A model generated the notes under the pieces. It was given only the letters and a program-made list of their open reading frames with translations, ran no database searches and had not been told where the DNA came from. Below are positions 60,613 through 64,000 of a stretch of DNA of 64,000 nucleotides, piece after piece. Positions within the stretch are counted from its first letter, which is position 1; every line of letters starts with the position of its first letter. This stretch comes from Malacoraja senta (taxonomy: Eukaryota): positions 1,366,001 to 1,430,000 of the forward strand of contig CM075992.1 in assembly GCA_038087875.1 (NCBI GenBank), read 5' to 3'. The translations under genes were made by a program, and so were the position numbers.

Positions 60613-61640
60613 GGTTGGACTAGTTTGGGCTGAGTTGGCCCAGGTTTTGATTGGGTTGGGTTGGTTTGGATTGGGTTGCACTACATTCTGGGTTAGATTG
60701 GATTACACTGGTCGGACTGGGTTAATGAATACCAGTCTGATGAAGGGTCTCGACCTGAAACGTCACCTATTCTTTTTCTCCGGAGATGCTGCCTGTCCCG
60801 CTGAGTTACTGAAGCATTGTGTGTCTGTCTTTGGTGTAAACCAGCATCTGCAGTTCCTTCCTACATATTTAGACTGGGTTGGACTAGATTAAACAGAGTT
60901 GGATTGTGTAGGAACAAGTTGGACCAAGTTGGACTGGGCTGGACTGGATTGGAATGGGTTGGCCCAGGTTGGACTGGGCTGGACTGGATTGGAATGGGTT
61001 GGCCCAGGTTGGACTGGGCTGGACTGGATTGGAATGGGTTGGCCCAGGTTGGACTGGGCTGGACTGGATTGGAATGGGTTGGCCCAGGTTGGACTGGGCT
61101 GGACTAGATTGGAATGGGTTGGCCCAGGTTGGACTGGGCTGGACTGGATTGGAATGGGTTGGCCCAGGCTGGACTGGGCTGGATTGGATTGGAATGGGTT
61201 GGCCCAGGTTGGACTGGGCTAGACTGGATTGGAATGGGTTGGCCCAGGTTGGACTGGGCTGGACTGGATTGGAATGGGTTGGCCCAGGTTGGACTGGGCT
61301 GGACTGGATTGGAATGGGTTGGCCCAGGTTGGACTGGGCTGGACTGGATTGGAATGGGTTGGCCCAGGTTGGACTGGGCTGAACTGCATTAGACTAGGTT
61401 GGATCGTTGGACTGGCTTGGACTGGCGCGGATGAGGTTAGGCTGAGTTGGATTGAGTTGGACTGAGTTAGACTGAGTTGGACTGGATTGGACCAGGTTGG
61501 ACAGGGCTGAACTTCATTAGCCTAGGTGGGACCGTTGGACTGGCTTGGACTGGCTTGGACTGGATTGGACTGGCTCGGATGAGGTTAGGCTGAGTTGGAT
61601 TGAGTTGGGCTTGGTTGGTTCGGACTGGGTTTTGGTGCTG
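60612..61640. repeat. Pentamer-derived minisatellite; homogeneous 40-bp unit GGACTGGGCTGGACTGGATTGGAATGGGTTGGCCCAGGTT at ~60921-61380
   Basis: About 11 near-identical 40-bp units flanked by degenerate GGNNT pentamers. Confidence 0.93.
60737..60764 (+). ncRNA. Minimal hammerhead motif with canonical CUGAUGA core
   Basis: CTGATGAAGGGTCTCGACCTGAAACGTC. Confidence 0.65.
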
Positions 61641-62030
61641 AAGTGGACTAGGGAGAGGGCCAGTTCTCACTGAGACTGCATGGAAGCAGAAAGGTGAGCA
61701 GATCAGGCAAGTAACATCGGCAGCCAAGACAAGAATGATTTGTTCCCTTGGCCACAGATAACAACACAACTCATTTACACTGCTGTAATACTCGCTCTGC
61801 AATTACCGGAGGAGTCAGGATTTGAAAGACAACTTACTTGGAATAACATCGGACTTGAGGAGCTGACAGATGATTGGCATTTTGCTGAGCAAACAGAAAT
61901 GAATAATAGGGAATCCAGAGCTGGCTGAGAAACTTTCTATCCATCAGAAGTGGCCTGTCGCCCTGTTTCCAGGCACAAGCTCTCACTTCCCCCTCCATAT
62001 CTCCATCCCACATCCAGGTCTCAAGTATTC

Positions 62031-62359
62031 AGTCTGAAGAAGGGTTTCGGCCCAAAACGTTGCCTATTTCCTCCGCTCCATAGATGCTGCTGCACCCGCT
62101 GAGTTTCTCCAGCATTTTTGTGTACCTGCTGGAGAAACTCAGCGGGTGCAGCAGCATCTATGGAGCGAAGGAAATAGGCAACGTTTCGTCCCGAAACCCT
62201 TCCGGGTTTCGTCCCGAAACGTTGCCTATTTCCTTCAGGGTTTCGGCCCGAAACGTTGCCTATTTCCTCCGCTCCATAGATGCTGCCGCACCCGCTGAGT
62301 TTCTCCAGCATTTTTGTCTACCTTCGATTTTCCAGCATCTGCAGTTCCTTCTTAAAAAC
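62031..62359 (+). mobile_element. Rearranged PLE terminal-repeat insertion (direct/inverted/direct)
   Basis: TSD TCTCAAGT(A/G)TTC at 62019-62030 and 62360-62371. Starts AGTCTGAAGA. Confidence 0.85.
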
Positions 62360-62714
62360 TCTCAAGTGTTCCTCATGGGCGGACGCCAGCCGTACCTTCA
62401 AAGTCGGGGGTACATGTGAACCCACACCCCCAGCTTGTGATTAATTTCAGAAATTCATAAGTCATAAGGTCATAAGTGATAGGAGTAGTATCAGGCCATT
62501 CGGCCCATCGTCAACTCTGCCATTCAATCATGGCTGATCTATCTCTCTCCCTCCTAACCCCAGTCTCCTGCTTTCTTCCCATCACCCCTGGACACCCGTA
62601 CTAATCAAGAATCTATTTATCTCTGCTTTCAAAATATCCAGTGACTTGTGTCCTCCACAGCCTCCTGTGGCAAAGAATTCCACAGATTCACCACCCTCTG
62701 ACTAAAGAAATTCC

Positions 62715-63210
62715 ATATAACCATATAACAATTACAGCACGGAAACAGGCCATCTCGACCCTTCTAGTCCGTGCCCAACACGTATTCTCCCCTAGTCCCA
62801 TCTACCTGCGCTCAGACCATAACCCTCCATTCCTTTCCCGTCCATATACCCATCCAATTTATTTTTAAATGATAAAAACGAACCTGCCTCCACCACCTTC
62901 ACTGGAAGCTCATTCCACACAGCCACCACTCTCTGAGTAAAGAAGTTCCCCCTCATGTTACCCCTAAACTTCTGTCCCTTAATTCTCAAGTCATGTCCCC
63001 TTGTTTGAATCTTCCCTACTCTCAATGGGAAAAGCTTATCCACGTCAACTCTGTCTATCCCTCTCATCATTTTAAAGACCTCTATCAAGTCCCCCCTTAA
63101 CCTTCTGCTCTCCAAAGAATAAAGACCTAACTTGTTCAACCTTTCTCTGTAACTTAGTTGTTGAAACCCAGGCAACATTCTAGTAAATCTCCTCTGTACT
63201 CTCTCTATTC
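62715..63210 (-). mobile_element. CR1 3' fragment nested in another CR1
   Basis: ORF 62792-63178 MLPGFQQLSYRERL...GRWD; TATGGTTA tail. Confidence 0.9.
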
Positions 63211-63254
63211 CTAAAGGATCATCCTTTTATTCTGAGGCTGTGCCCTCTGGTCCT

Positions 63255-63382
63255 TGGTCAATGGTCAATGATTCCAGGTGAATGGTCAATGGTCAATGGT
63301 TCAATGGTCAATGGTCAATGATTCAATGGTCAATGGTCAATGATTCAATGGTCAATGGTCAATGGTCAATGGTCAATGGTTC
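63255..63382. repeat. (TGGTCAA)n heptamer array, probably the 3' tail of a minus-strand LINE
   Basis: Direct reading of the sequence. Confidence 0.8.
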
Positions 63383-64000
63383 AGTATTTATGGACACATA
63401 TAATAGACACATACAATTCAACATTACAGTGAAATTCATTTTGCGTTTAATGCTGCCGCTGCCATGTGCGCCATTTCATCAGGTACAAAGTCCGGATTCC
63501 CGCGTGTTCGTTCTACCGTAGCGGCTCCCAATCCACTCCACCGCCCACGACCGACTCGTCCCGCGAACCCTCATCCCTCTCTTTTAGTTTTTTTAGTTTT
63601 AGTTTTAGAGACACGTCGTGGAAACAGGCCCTTCGGCCCAACCGAGACCACACCGACCTGCAGTCCCCAAACAGAAACACCTTCCTACACACACTAGGGA
63701 CAATTCAGTGTCCTACTTTAACAAGTTGGCGACGACTCTAACATCGGGAGCCTGGGAGCTCCAAACCGGCGCGGCCTTGTCGGCTTCGGAAGCCGCGGCC
63801 TCCGGTAAGGAAGCGGCCGTTCCAGGTGGCCCAGCCGCTGAGAGGACTCTCCCGACGCCGGGGGCAACAGCACCCGGTGAGAACGGCCAGGAACATCGGG
63901 CCTCCGTAGAGGCAATAGCGGAGGCCTCAATAGGCCTGACTTTGGGGAGAACTGGGGATGGGGACTGGATATTGTGCCTTCCCCCACACAGTGGTAACCA

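Noticed and set aside
60817..61465. Trp/Gly-rich repetitive ORFs
   Set aside because: Stop-free frames through the 40-bp minisatellite.

Overview
Repeat-saturated, non-coding vertebrate DNA, almost certainly from a cartilaginous fish (skate/ray-like: HE1-type V-SINEs plus CR1/HER1-type LINEs). I recognise no host protein-coding gene; most ORF-track entries are translations of repeats. The window holds dozens of tRNA-derived V-SINE copies, many 5'-truncated CR1 copies, two L2 fragments, Rex1/Babar fragments (one with an open RT frame), a Tx1/L1 3' end with TSD, a Passport-like Tc1 cut by a 200-N gap, several PIF/Harbinger-type MITE families, a hAT MITE, mini/microsatellites and a split tRNA-Phe pseudogene. 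Two systems stand out. (1) About 30 copies of a Penelope (GIY-YIG) terminal repeat carry a minimal hammerhead-ribozyme core (CUGAnGA-A-stemII-GAAACGUH). They occur as ~90-bp TSD-flanked solo inserts, fold-back pairs and tandem arrays whose junctions fall on the ribozyme. (2) Harbinger-type MITEs with three different internal sequences sit at the identical trinucleotide of the V-SINE tRNA head. Repeat boundaries were read by eye and are approximate unless TSDs/TIRs are quoted.
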